Below are positions 56,828 to 64,000 of a stretch of 64,000 nucleotides of DNA, in pieces. Positions within the stretch are counted from its first letter, which is position 1. The number at the start of each line of letters is the position of its first letter. The stretch is from Carpediemonas membranifera BICM. Lineage: Eukaryota; Protista; Fornicata. The notes under the pieces were generated by a model. The model had not been told where the DNA came from and ran no database searches. It worked only from the letters and a program-made list of their open reading frames with translations. Location: positions 319,072 to 383,071 of the forward strand of contig JAHDYR010000011.1 in assembly GCA_019828565.1 (NCBI GenBank). Reading direction: 5' to 3'. The translations under genes and the position numbers were made by a program.

Positions 56828-58624
56828 TCACTCTGTCCGACCTGAGGACTCTGTGGAAAACGTCCTGAACGCCATCACATTGAACCGTAGGCGTCCTCTG
56901 TCCTGTAGGTGAAGTAGGTGGGCCAGATCTGAGCTCGAAGCCGGGACGGAGAGACGGAGTTTCCAGGACGTCCAACTCTTGAGGAGTCTCATCTCCGGCG
57001 CTTGAACCTCTGGGTAGAGGAGAAAGACTGCTGAGGTCCAAGACCTCGGGTGTCCAGTCTGAGTCTGAACTCTCGCTGTCGCTATCTTCTGGACTATGGC
57101 TGCCATAGACGAATTGGGGGCCCAGAGGACGCGACATCCAAGCCTTACGTCTACGTCCGCTGAGACTGTCTGGACTGGACCCCACTCCGCGAGGACAGAT
57201 TCCATGCTGGACTCCAGAGAGGAAGGGAGTCGTGAGAAGCCTCTGGACAGCCGATCTGCTGCCAGGTTGATGATGCCCGGAGTGTGTAGTCCACGGAGTG
57301 TCAGGTTCCGGTCCTCCGCCTCCTTCTGGATCTGGGCTAGAATGTGCAGGGCCTGAGGTGGAGCCTTCGTAGACCCCGCCTTGTTGAGCCAGGCCAGAGC
57401 TGATGTGTTGTCTGAGAAGATCGATAGCTCGCGTTGGGAACTCTGTCTGCCGATCAGACGGATGCCCTGTAGGATTCCCGCGAGCTCCTTCACGTTGATA
57501 GATTCTGCTCTTAGTTCTGGAGTGAACGTGCCCGAGGCTGAGGTCCCATACTCGCCGTGCACGGCTGCTCCCCACTTGACTCCAGATGCGTCTGTCGATA
57601 CGACGAGGTCTAAGGAGGGGTGAGCGCCCCAAAGCGACTGAAGTTCTCTGATGTCTCGGACTGGGCGCTCTCTTAGCAGTAGCAGCCACTCTTGCAGTAG
57701 CTCCTTGGAGAGTGGGTCCTGTTGAAGGTGTCTCAGCCGGAGGAAAGCCCCGTGGGCGGTTGTAGCGAAGTAAGTCAGTCTCCCGAGGATCTTGGCCCAA
57801 GTCTCCTGATCGATGGTCTTGCCTGCCAGAGCCTGATGAATGTGAGAGGAGTAACGTTTGGCCTTGTCCGCCGGGAGGCGTATTGTAAAACTCGCGGAGT
57901 CTATCACGAGCCCCAGATAGACCAATGACTGAGTCGGTGCCCATTCTGACTTCTCCTCTGAGGTGAGGACACAGAGGTCGGCTAGAGTCCGCCTGATGCG
58001 CGGCACCGCCCTCCTCAGGATTTCTCGGTCGCGGTGAAATAAGAGGAAGTCGTCGAGGTAGACAACGATGGTAAGACCCGTCCGAAGGGCTAGTATCTTG
58101 GCGAGTTGGTTGGTGATCGTCTGAAACACGAACGGCGATGCGCGCCAGCCGAAGCCTAGCACTCTGTACTGAAACGCTCGTCCGTCTGGAAGATAGACTC
58201 CTAGCAGCTTGCGGTCCTCCTTCCGTACTGGTACTTGATGGTACCCGGACTTGAGGTCGAACTTGACCATCCAGTCGCCCCTCTGGAGAAGGGAGAGAGC
58301 TCTGCGCAGACCGTAGAGCCGGAAGGATGAGCGCTCTGCCGAGCAGTCGTTCAGTATCGTGAGGTTGTGAATGATCCTCTTCGACTCGCCCTTCGGCACA
58401 GTAAACAGCGAGGCGGTGTGTCGCAGGGAAGAGGGATTCACTTGCTCTATGACGCCTGTCTCTATCAAGGAAGGAATCTGCTGGACAATGAATGGGTCGA
58501 CTGTCGGCTGTTGCCTTGGTGCTGGTGGTTGACTTCTCAGACGGATCTCGACCCCGTATCGTAACCAGTTGATCACCCGTTGTGATGCTCCCAACCTCTG
58601 CCACTCCCTCCACGCCGCGTTCAT
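56828..58624 (-). CDS. DIRS-C RT/RNase H, copy 1
   Basis: DLKSGYHQ, YLDD, TDAS, INVKE, SDN, ADRLSR. Confidence 0.92.
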   Translation of the reverse strand: MNAAWREWQRLGASQRVINWLRYGVEIRLRSQPPAPRQQPTVDPFIVQQIPSLIETGVIEQVNPSSLRHTASLFTVPKGESKRIIHNLTILNDCSAERSSFRLYGLRRALSLLQRGDWMVKFDLKSGYHQVPVRKEDRKLLGVYLPDGRAFQYRVLGFGWRASPFVFQTITNQLAKILALRTGLTIVVYLDDFLLFHRDREILRRAVPRIRRTLADLCVLTSEEKSEWAPTQSLVYLGLVIDSASFTIRLPADKAKRYSSHIHQALAGKTIDQETWAKILGRLTYFATTAHGAFLRLRHLQQDPLSKELLQEWLLLLRERPVRDIRELQSLWGAHPSLDLVVSTDASGVKWGAAVHGEYGTSASGTFTPELRAESINVKELAGILQGIRLIGRQSSQRELSIFSDNTSALAWLNKAGSTKAPPQALHILAQIQKEAEDRNLTLRGLHTPGIINLAADRLSRGFSRLPSSLESSMESVLAEWGPVQTVSADVDVRLGCRVLWAPNSSMAAIVQKIATARVQTQTGHPRSWTSAVFLLYPEVQAPEMRLLKSWTSWKLRLSVPASSSDLAHLLHLQDRGRLRFNVMAFRTFSTESSGRTE

Positions 58625-58638
58625 GCATGGAAAGAGGG

Positions 58639-59121
58639 TTAGGTGTGGGCTCTCTTGCCGGAGGATCCTGTCTGAGTGCGACCTCGGTCCTGAGCGCGGC
58701 CACCGCGGCGAAAATTAGCGTCGCGCTTATCGCCCTTAGACTTGGCGCGGGCCGCCAGTTCCAGGACCTCGTCGCGATCAGGCACGCCCTTCGCCTTGCA
58801 ATAGTTCTCGAACCGCTCTGCAGTAGCGTCAGTGTACACGTCCTTGATTAGAAGGTACTGGATTCTTGCAAAGAGAATGTTCCCGATCTCCTTCATCTTT
58901 GCGCCGTTCTCGATCCTATTCATGGTCTTGTATACGAATCTGGCCTCATCTTCGAGGCCGAACCTCTTTGGCATCTCCAGGAACAGTGGACGGCGAGCTG
59001 CTTCTGCTTGCTGCTCCAAAATTGCTTCCGATTGTATCTTAACCAAGCGCTCCAGCTTCTCGATACGCTTGTTAAGCTCATCGGGACTGTCTTGCGGCGG
59101 CAGGTCTTCGTTATCAGACAT
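58639..59121 (-). CDS. DIRS-C gag-like ORF1, copy 1
   Basis: MSDNED.. coiled coil with a basic tail, immediately after the repeat. Confidence 0.7.
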   Translation of the reverse strand: MSDNEDLPPQDSPDELNKRIEKLERLVKIQSEAILEQQAEAARRPLFLEMPKRFGLEDEARFVYKTMNRIENGAKMKEIGNILFARIQYLLIKDVYTDATAERFENYCKAKGVPDRDEVLELAARAKSKGDKRDANFRRGGRAQDRGRTQTGSSGKRAHT

Positions 59122-59652
59122 CCTGCCGATGCGTTTCGAAGTGTGACCTAAAGTGCACATTGATCGGCGCGCGCAGGTGCCAGTGATGGTCCTGTGACAG
59201 GATCCACAAAGTGTGGCTCTATAACAGAGAGCCCTCCTCTTAAATCCAACCAAAATGGGGGGGGCGAGTATTTACTTCGGGTGGCTTCCCCGAGCTCTTA
59301 TGACAGACCCGGGTAAATCCTCGTCTCGCGGTCCGGTCAGGTCCTAACGGCTCCGACACCTGCCGATGCGTTTCGAAGTGTGACCTAAAGTGCACATTGA
59401 TCGGCGCGCGCAGGTGCCAGTGATGGTCCTGTGACAGGATCCACAAAGTGTGGCTCTATAACAGAGAGCCCTCCTCTTAAATCCAACCAAAATGGGACAA
59501 TCCCGCAAGACGTCCCTGTGGGACTAAAGCTTTGGGCCGGCGAGTCTATCTCGCCTCGACCAGAGTTAAGAATTAATGATGAATCCAGGCCGGCGAGTCC
59601 GTCTCGCCTCGGCCGTTCCCCCTCGAACGCGGATGTTTAATGGAGGGGGTGG

Positions 59653-62403
59653 TTAAAAGTGGGGCCCGAGAAGGCTGAGGTTCATCCTCCTGGTGAGGTC
59701 CTCGTTTGTTCTGATGGCGTCAGCGACATAGCTGCGGAGGGAGGTGACGTCCTTCCATGTGCCCATTGAGAGGATCACCTCCAGCGGGACTCCTGATAGA
59801 GCCATCTCCGACGCTGCCCCCTTACGGAAGCTGTGGAGACCCGTCCGTGGACCGAACAACGCCTTCACGACTCGTCGGAGGTGTGCGGCTGTGAGCGGTT
59901 TGTCTCTGCTCAGGCGCCCGTTGACTATGACTCGCCAGATGGGGGTGTCATCAGCCAGGTAGTGTGTGCCCTCGACCCAGCGTCTAAGTGCCAAGGCCGG
60001 GTTGAAGGCGGCTGATAGCCATACGTATGGTACGCGCTTCTTAACTCCCGTTAGGATGGTCTTGGTCCGCTGAATGTGTAGGAGAATGTCGCCGTTCTTG
60101 AGTAGCTCCAGGTCGGCCGGGCATAGGGAGAGTATCTCGATGCCTCTGGACACCGTCAGATAGGCGACTGCCCCAAAGAGACATGCCTGATATGACTCAA
60201 AGTCGTCACTCCGGCGCCCCAGTGCCTCGATCATCTCAGCCTTGGTGATGGCGCGCGAGCCGCCGGTAGTTCCCGCCGTGCTGGCGCCCTTAGCCGCCTG
60301 CTTAACGATGTACTTGGAGTTGGCGGGCGGATGCCAGTCTTTGAGGAACTCCTGTAGCTGAACAATCCAGTAGCCCTTCCTCGCCACGTTCGATGGCCCG
60401 CAGAAGGAGCCTTCGTCCTTGAGGAAGGCTACAAGCTGGTCTCGATCCGACAGGCTGCGATCGCGAGAGCCTTCGAACCTGGCCACCCAGCCGGCCACCG
60501 TCCGAGCAGACGCGTGATTAAGGTGAATCACTCTGTCCGACCTGAGGACTCTGTGGAAAACGTCCTGAACGCCATCACATTGAACCGTAGGCGTCCTCTG
60601 TCCTGTAGGTGAAGTAGGTGGGCCAGATCTGAGCTCGAAGCCGGGACGGAGAGACGGAGTTTCCAGGACGTCCAACTCTTGAGGAGTCTCATCTCCGGCG
60701 CTTGAACCTCTGGGTAGAGGAGAAAGACTGCTGAGGTCCAAGACCTCGGGTGTCCAGTCTGAGTCTGAACTCTCGCTGTCGCTATCTTCTGGACTATGGC
60801 TGCCATAGACGAATTGGGGGCCCAGAGGACGCGACATCCAAGCCTTACGTCTACGTCCGCTGAGACTGTCTGGACTGGACCCCACTCCGCGAGGACAGAT
60901 TCCATGCTGGACTCCAGAGAGGAAGGGAGTCGTGAGAAGCCTCTGGACAGCCGATCTGCTGCCAGGTTGATGATGCCCGGAGTGTGTAGTCCACGGAGTG
61001 TCAGGTTCCGGTCCTCCGCCTCCTTCTGGATCTGGGCTAGAATGTGCAGGGCCTGAGGTGGAGCCTTCGTAGACCCCGCCTTGTTGAGCCAGGCCAGAGC
61101 TGATGTGTTGTCTGAGAAGATCGATAGCTCGCGTTGGGAACTCTGTCTGCCGATCAGACGGATGCCCTGTAGGATTCCCGCGAGCTCCTTCACGTTGATA
61201 GATTCTGCTCTTAGTTCTGGAGTGAACGTGCCCGAGGCTGAGGTCCCATACTCGCCGTGCACGGCTGCTCCCCACTTGACTCCAGATGCGTCTGTCGATA
61301 CGACGAGGTCTAAGGAGGGGTGAGCGCCCCAAAGCGACTGAAGTTCTCTGATGTCTCGGACTGGGCGCTCTCTTAGCAGTAGCAGCCACTCTTGCAGTAG
61401 CTCCTTGGAGAGTGGGTCCTGTTGAAGGTGTCTCAGCCGGAGGAAAGCCCCGTGGGCGGTTGTAGCGAAGTAAGTCAGTCTCCCGAGGATCTTGGCCCAA
61501 GTCTCCTGATCGATGGTCTTGCCTGCCAGAGCCTGATGAATGTGAGAGGAGTAACGTTTGGCCTTGTCCGCCGGGAGGCGTATTGTAAAACTCGCGGAGT
61601 CTATCACGAGCCCCAGATAGACCAATGACTGAGTCGGTGCCCATTCTGACTTCTCCTCTGAGGTGAGGACACAGAGGTCGGCTAGAGTCCGCCTGATGCG
61701 CGGCACCGCCCTCCTCAGGATTTCTCGGTCGCGGTGAAATAAGAGGAAGTCGTCGAGGTAGACAACGATGGTAAGACCCGTCCGAAGGGCTAGTATCTTG
61801 GCGAGTTGGTTGGTGATCGTCTGAAACACGAACGGCGATGCGCGCCAGCCGAAGCCTAGCACTCTGTACTGAAACGCTCGTCCGTCTGGAAGATAGACTC
61901 CTAGCAGCTTGCGGTCCTCCTTCCGTACTGGTACTTGATGGTACCCGGACTTGAGGTCGAACTTGACCATCCAGTCGCCCCTCTGGAGAAGGGAGAGAGC
62001 TCTGCGCAGACCGTAGAGCCGGAAGGATGAGCGCTCTGCCGAGCAGTCGTTCAGTATCGTGAGGTTGTGAATGATCCTCTTCGACTCGCCCTTCGGCACA
62101 GTAAACAGCGAGGCGGTGTGTCGCAGGGAAGAGGGATTCACTTGCTCTATGACGCCTGTCTCTATCAAGGAAGGAATCTGCTGGACAATGAATGGGTCGA
62201 CTGTCGGCTGTTGCCTTGGTGCTGGTGGTTGACTTCTCAGACGGATCTCGACCCCGTATCGTAACCAGTTGATCACCCGTTGTGATGCTCCCAACCTCTG
62301 CCACTCCCTCCACGCCGCGTTCATGCATGGAAAGAGGGTTAGGTGTGGGCTCTCTTGCCGGAGGATCCTGTCTGAGTGCGACCTCGGTCCTGAGCGCGGC
62401 CAC
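59653..62403 (-). CDS. DIRS-C tyrosine recombinase ORF, copy 2 (intact, overlaps RT)
   Basis: SRGIE, RTKT, HSFRKG, GTW, RSY catalytic set. Confidence 0.9.
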   Translation of the reverse strand: MAALRTEVALRQDPPAREPTPNPLSMHERGVEGVAEVGSITTGDQLVTIRGRDPSEKSTTSTKATADSRPIHCPADSFLDRDRRHRASESLFPATHRLAVYCAEGRVEEDHSQPHDTERLLGRALILPALRSAQSSLPSPEGRLDGQVRPQVRVPSSTSTEGGPQAARSLSSRRTSVSVQSARLRLARIAVRVSDDHQPTRQDTSPSDGSYHRCLPRRLPLISPRPRNPEEGGAAHQADSSRPLCPHLRGEVRMGTDSVIGLSGARDRLREFYNTPPGGQGQTLLLSHSSGSGRQDHRSGDLGQDPRETDLLRYNRPRGFPPAETPSTGPTLQGATARVAATAKRAPSPRHQRTSVALGRSPLLRPRRIDRRIWSQVGSSRARRVWDLSLGHVHSRTKSRIYQREGARGNPTGHPSDRQTEFPTRAIDLLRQHISSGLAQQGGVYEGSTSGPAHSSPDPEGGGGPEPDTPWTTHSGHHQPGSRSAVQRLLTTPFLSGVQHGICPRGVGSSPDSLSGRRRKAWMSRPLGPQFVYGSHSPEDSDSESSDSDWTPEVLDLSSLSPLPRGSSAGDETPQELDVLETPSLRPGFELRSGPPTSPTGQRTPTVQCDGVQDVFHRVLRSDRVIHLNHASARTVAGWVARFEGSRDRSLSDRDQLVAFLKDEGSFCGPSNVARKGYWIVQLQEFLKDWHPPANSKYIVKQAAKGASTAGTTGGSRAITKAEMIEALGRRSDDFESYQACLFGAVAYLTVSRGIEILSLCPADLELLKNGDILLHIQRTKTILTGVKKRVPYVWLSAAFNPALALRRWVEGTHYLADDTPIWRVIVNGRLSRDKPLTAAHLRRVVKALFGPRTGLHSFRKGAASEMALSGVPLEVILSMGTWKDVTSLRSYVADAIRTNEDLTRRMNLSLLGPHF
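60528..62324 (-). CDS. DIRS-C RT/RNase H, copy 2
   Basis: Translation identical to copy 1. Confidence 0.92.
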   Translation of the reverse strand: MNAAWREWQRLGASQRVINWLRYGVEIRLRSQPPAPRQQPTVDPFIVQQIPSLIETGVIEQVNPSSLRHTASLFTVPKGESKRIIHNLTILNDCSAERSSFRLYGLRRALSLLQRGDWMVKFDLKSGYHQVPVRKEDRKLLGVYLPDGRAFQYRVLGFGWRASPFVFQTITNQLAKILALRTGLTIVVYLDDFLLFHRDREILRRAVPRIRRTLADLCVLTSEEKSEWAPTQSLVYLGLVIDSASFTIRLPADKAKRYSSHIHQALAGKTIDQETWAKILGRLTYFATTAHGAFLRLRHLQQDPLSKELLQEWLLLLRERPVRDIRELQSLWGAHPSLDLVVSTDASGVKWGAAVHGEYGTSASGTFTPELRAESINVKELAGILQGIRLIGRQSSQRELSIFSDNTSALAWLNKAGSTKAPPQALHILAQIQKEAEDRNLTLRGLHTPGIINLAADRLSRGFSRLPSSLESSMESVLAEWGPVQTVSADVDVRLGCRVLWAPNSSMAAIVQKIATARVQTQTGHPRSWTSAVFLLYPEVQAPEMRLLKSWTSWKLRLSVPASSSDLAHLLHLQDRGRLRFNVMAFRTFSTESSGRTE

Positions 62404-62821
62404 CGCGGCGAAAATTAGCGTCGCGCTTATCGCCCTTAGACTTGGCGCGGGCCGCCAGTTCCAGGACCTCGTCGCGATCAGGCACGCCCTTCGCCTTGCA
62501 ATAGTTCTCGAACCGCTCTGCAGTAGCGTCAGTGTACACGTCCTTGATTAGAAGGTACTGGATTCTTGCAAAGAGAATGTTCCCGATCTCCTTCATCTTT
62601 GCGCCGTTCTCGATCCTATTCATGGTCTTGTATACGAATCTGGCCTCATCTTCGAGGCCGAACCTCTTTGGCATCTCCAGGAACAGTGGACGGCGAGCTG
62701 CTTCTGCTTGCTGCTCCAAAATTGCTTCCGATTGTATCTTAACCAAGCGCTCCAGCTTCTCGATACGCTTGTTAAGCTCATCGGGACTGTCTTGCGGCGG
62801 CAGGTCTTCGTTATCAGACAT
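62339..62821 (-). CDS. DIRS-C gag-like ORF1, copy 2
   Basis: Identical to copy 1. Confidence 0.7.
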   Translation of the reverse strand: MSDNEDLPPQDSPDELNKRIEKLERLVKIQSEAILEQQAEAARRPLFLEMPKRFGLEDEARFVYKTMNRIENGAKMKEIGNILFARIQYLLIKDVYTDATAERFENYCKAKGVPDRDEVLELAARAKSKGDKRDANFRRGGRAQDRGRTQTGSSGKRAHT

Positions 62822-63114
62822 CCTGCCGATGCGTTTCGAAGTGTGACCTAAAGTGCACATTGATCGGCGCGCGCAGGTGCCAGTGATGGTCCTGTGACAG
62901 GATCCACAAAGTGTGGCTCTATAACAGAGAGCCCTCCTCTTAAATCCAACCAAAATGGGACAATCCCGCAAGACGTCCCTGTGGGACTAAAGCTTTGGGC
63001 CGGCGAGTCTATCTCGCCTCGACCAGAGTTAAGAATTAATGATGAATCCAGGCCGGCGAGTCCGTCTCGCCTCGGCCGTTCCCCTCGAACGCGGATGTTT
63101 AATGGAGGGGGTGG

Positions 63115-64000
63115 TTAAAAGTGGGGCCCGAGAAGGCTGAGGTTCATCCTCCTGGTGAGGTCCTCGTTTGTTCTGATGGCGTCAGCGACATAGCTGCGGA
63201 GGGAGGTGACGTCCTTCCATGTGCCCATTGAGAGGATCACCTCCAGCGGGACTCCTGATAGAGCCATCTCCGACGCTGCCCCCTTACGGAAGCTGTGGAG
63301 ACCCGTCCGTGGACCGAACAACGCCTTCACGACTCGTCGGAGGTGTGCGGCTGTGAGCGGTTTGTCTCTGCTCAGGCGCCCGTTGACTATGACTCGCCAG
63401 ATGGGGGTGTCATCAGCCAGGTAGTGTGTGCCCTCGACCCAGCGTCTAAGTGCCAAGGCCGGGTTGAAGGCGGCTGATAGCCATACGTATGGTACGCGCT
63501 TCTTAACTCCCGTTAGGATGGTCTTGGTCCGCTGAATGTGTAGGAGAATGTCGCCGTTCTTGAGTAGCTCCAGGTCGGCCGGGCATAGGGAGAGTATCTC
63601 GATGCCTCTGGACACCGTCAGATAGGCGACTGCCCCAAAGAGACATGCCTGATATGACTCAAAGTCGTCACTCCGGCGCCCCAGTGCCTCGATCATCTCA
63701 GCCTTGGTGATGGCGCGCGAGCCGCCGGTAGTTCCCGCCGTGCTGGCGCCCTTAGCCGCCTGCTTAACGATGTACTTGGAGTTGGCGGGCGGATGCCAGT
63801 CTTTGAGGAACTCCTGTAGCTGAACAATCCAGTAGCCCTTCCTCGCCACGTTCGATGGCCCGCAGAAGGAGCCTTCGTCCTTGAGGAAGGCTACAAGCTG
63901 GTCTCGATCCGACAGGCTGCGATCGCGAGAGCCTTCGAACCTGGCCACCCAGCCGGCCACCGTCCGAGCAGACGCGTGATTAAGGTGAATCACTCTGTCC
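63115..64000 (-). CDS. DIRS-C tyrosine recombinase, copy 3 (5' partial)
   Basis: Identical to the C-terminal part of copy 2. Confidence 0.9.
   Translation of the reverse strand, partial: DRVIHLNHASARTVAGWVARFEGSRDRSLSDRDQLVAFLKDEGSFCGPSNVARKGYWIVQLQEFLKDWHPPANSKYIVKQAAKGASTAGTTGGSRAITKAEMIEALGRRSDDFESYQACLFGAVAYLTVSRGIEILSLCPADLELLKNGDILLHIQRTKTILTGVKKRVPYVWLSAAFNPALALRRWVEGTHYLADDTPIWRVIVNGRLSRDKPLTAAHLRRVVKALFGPRTGLHSFRKGAASEMALSGVPLEVILSMGTWKDVTSLRSYVADAIRTNEDLTRRMNLSLLGPHF

Larger units (their letters stand above)
56504..64000 (-). mobile_element. Tandem head-to-tail array of DIRS family C (three near-identical copies, the first 3'-truncated and the last cut by the window edge)
   Basis: Offsets of 3700 and about 3462 bp. 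A 138-bp direct repeat occurs at 59122-59259, 59359-59496 and 62822-62959. Confidence 0.92.

Overview
Eukaryotic DNA from a gene-dense protist-like genome with very short 28-34 nt spliceosomal introns (a metamonad such as Carpediemonas is a guess only). Bases 1-21.3 kb are host genes: a secreted Cys-rich protein, a HAD-like protein, a DEAH helicase, a WW-domain protein, an ARM-repeat protein, Dna2, a probable TFIIIC large subunit, an OSR1/SPAK-like STE20 kinase and tRNA-Lys(CTT). Two bases upstream of the tRNA a 33.6 kb nested retrotransposon island begins (21301-54893). It holds two families of split-direct-repeat tyrosine-recombinase (PAT/DIRS-like) elements docked at the tRNA 5' end, an 8.7 kb TSD-bounded LINE whose ORF1 carries a Maelstrom/arenavirus-NP-like DEDDh-ECHC nuclease motif set, and three chromodomain Ty3/Gypsy families with 82-112 bp LTRs. 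In all three Gypsy elements the primer-binding site is replaced by a different perfect 12-bp palindrome, which suggests an undescribed tRNA-independent priming mechanism. The island is closed by an inverted copy of the tRNA plus the kinase 5' part, which fuses to a tandem array of a third DIRS family running off the window. Domain calls rest on motif recognition by eye, not database searches. Many frameshifts in the mobile elements sit in homopolymers and may be consensus errors.
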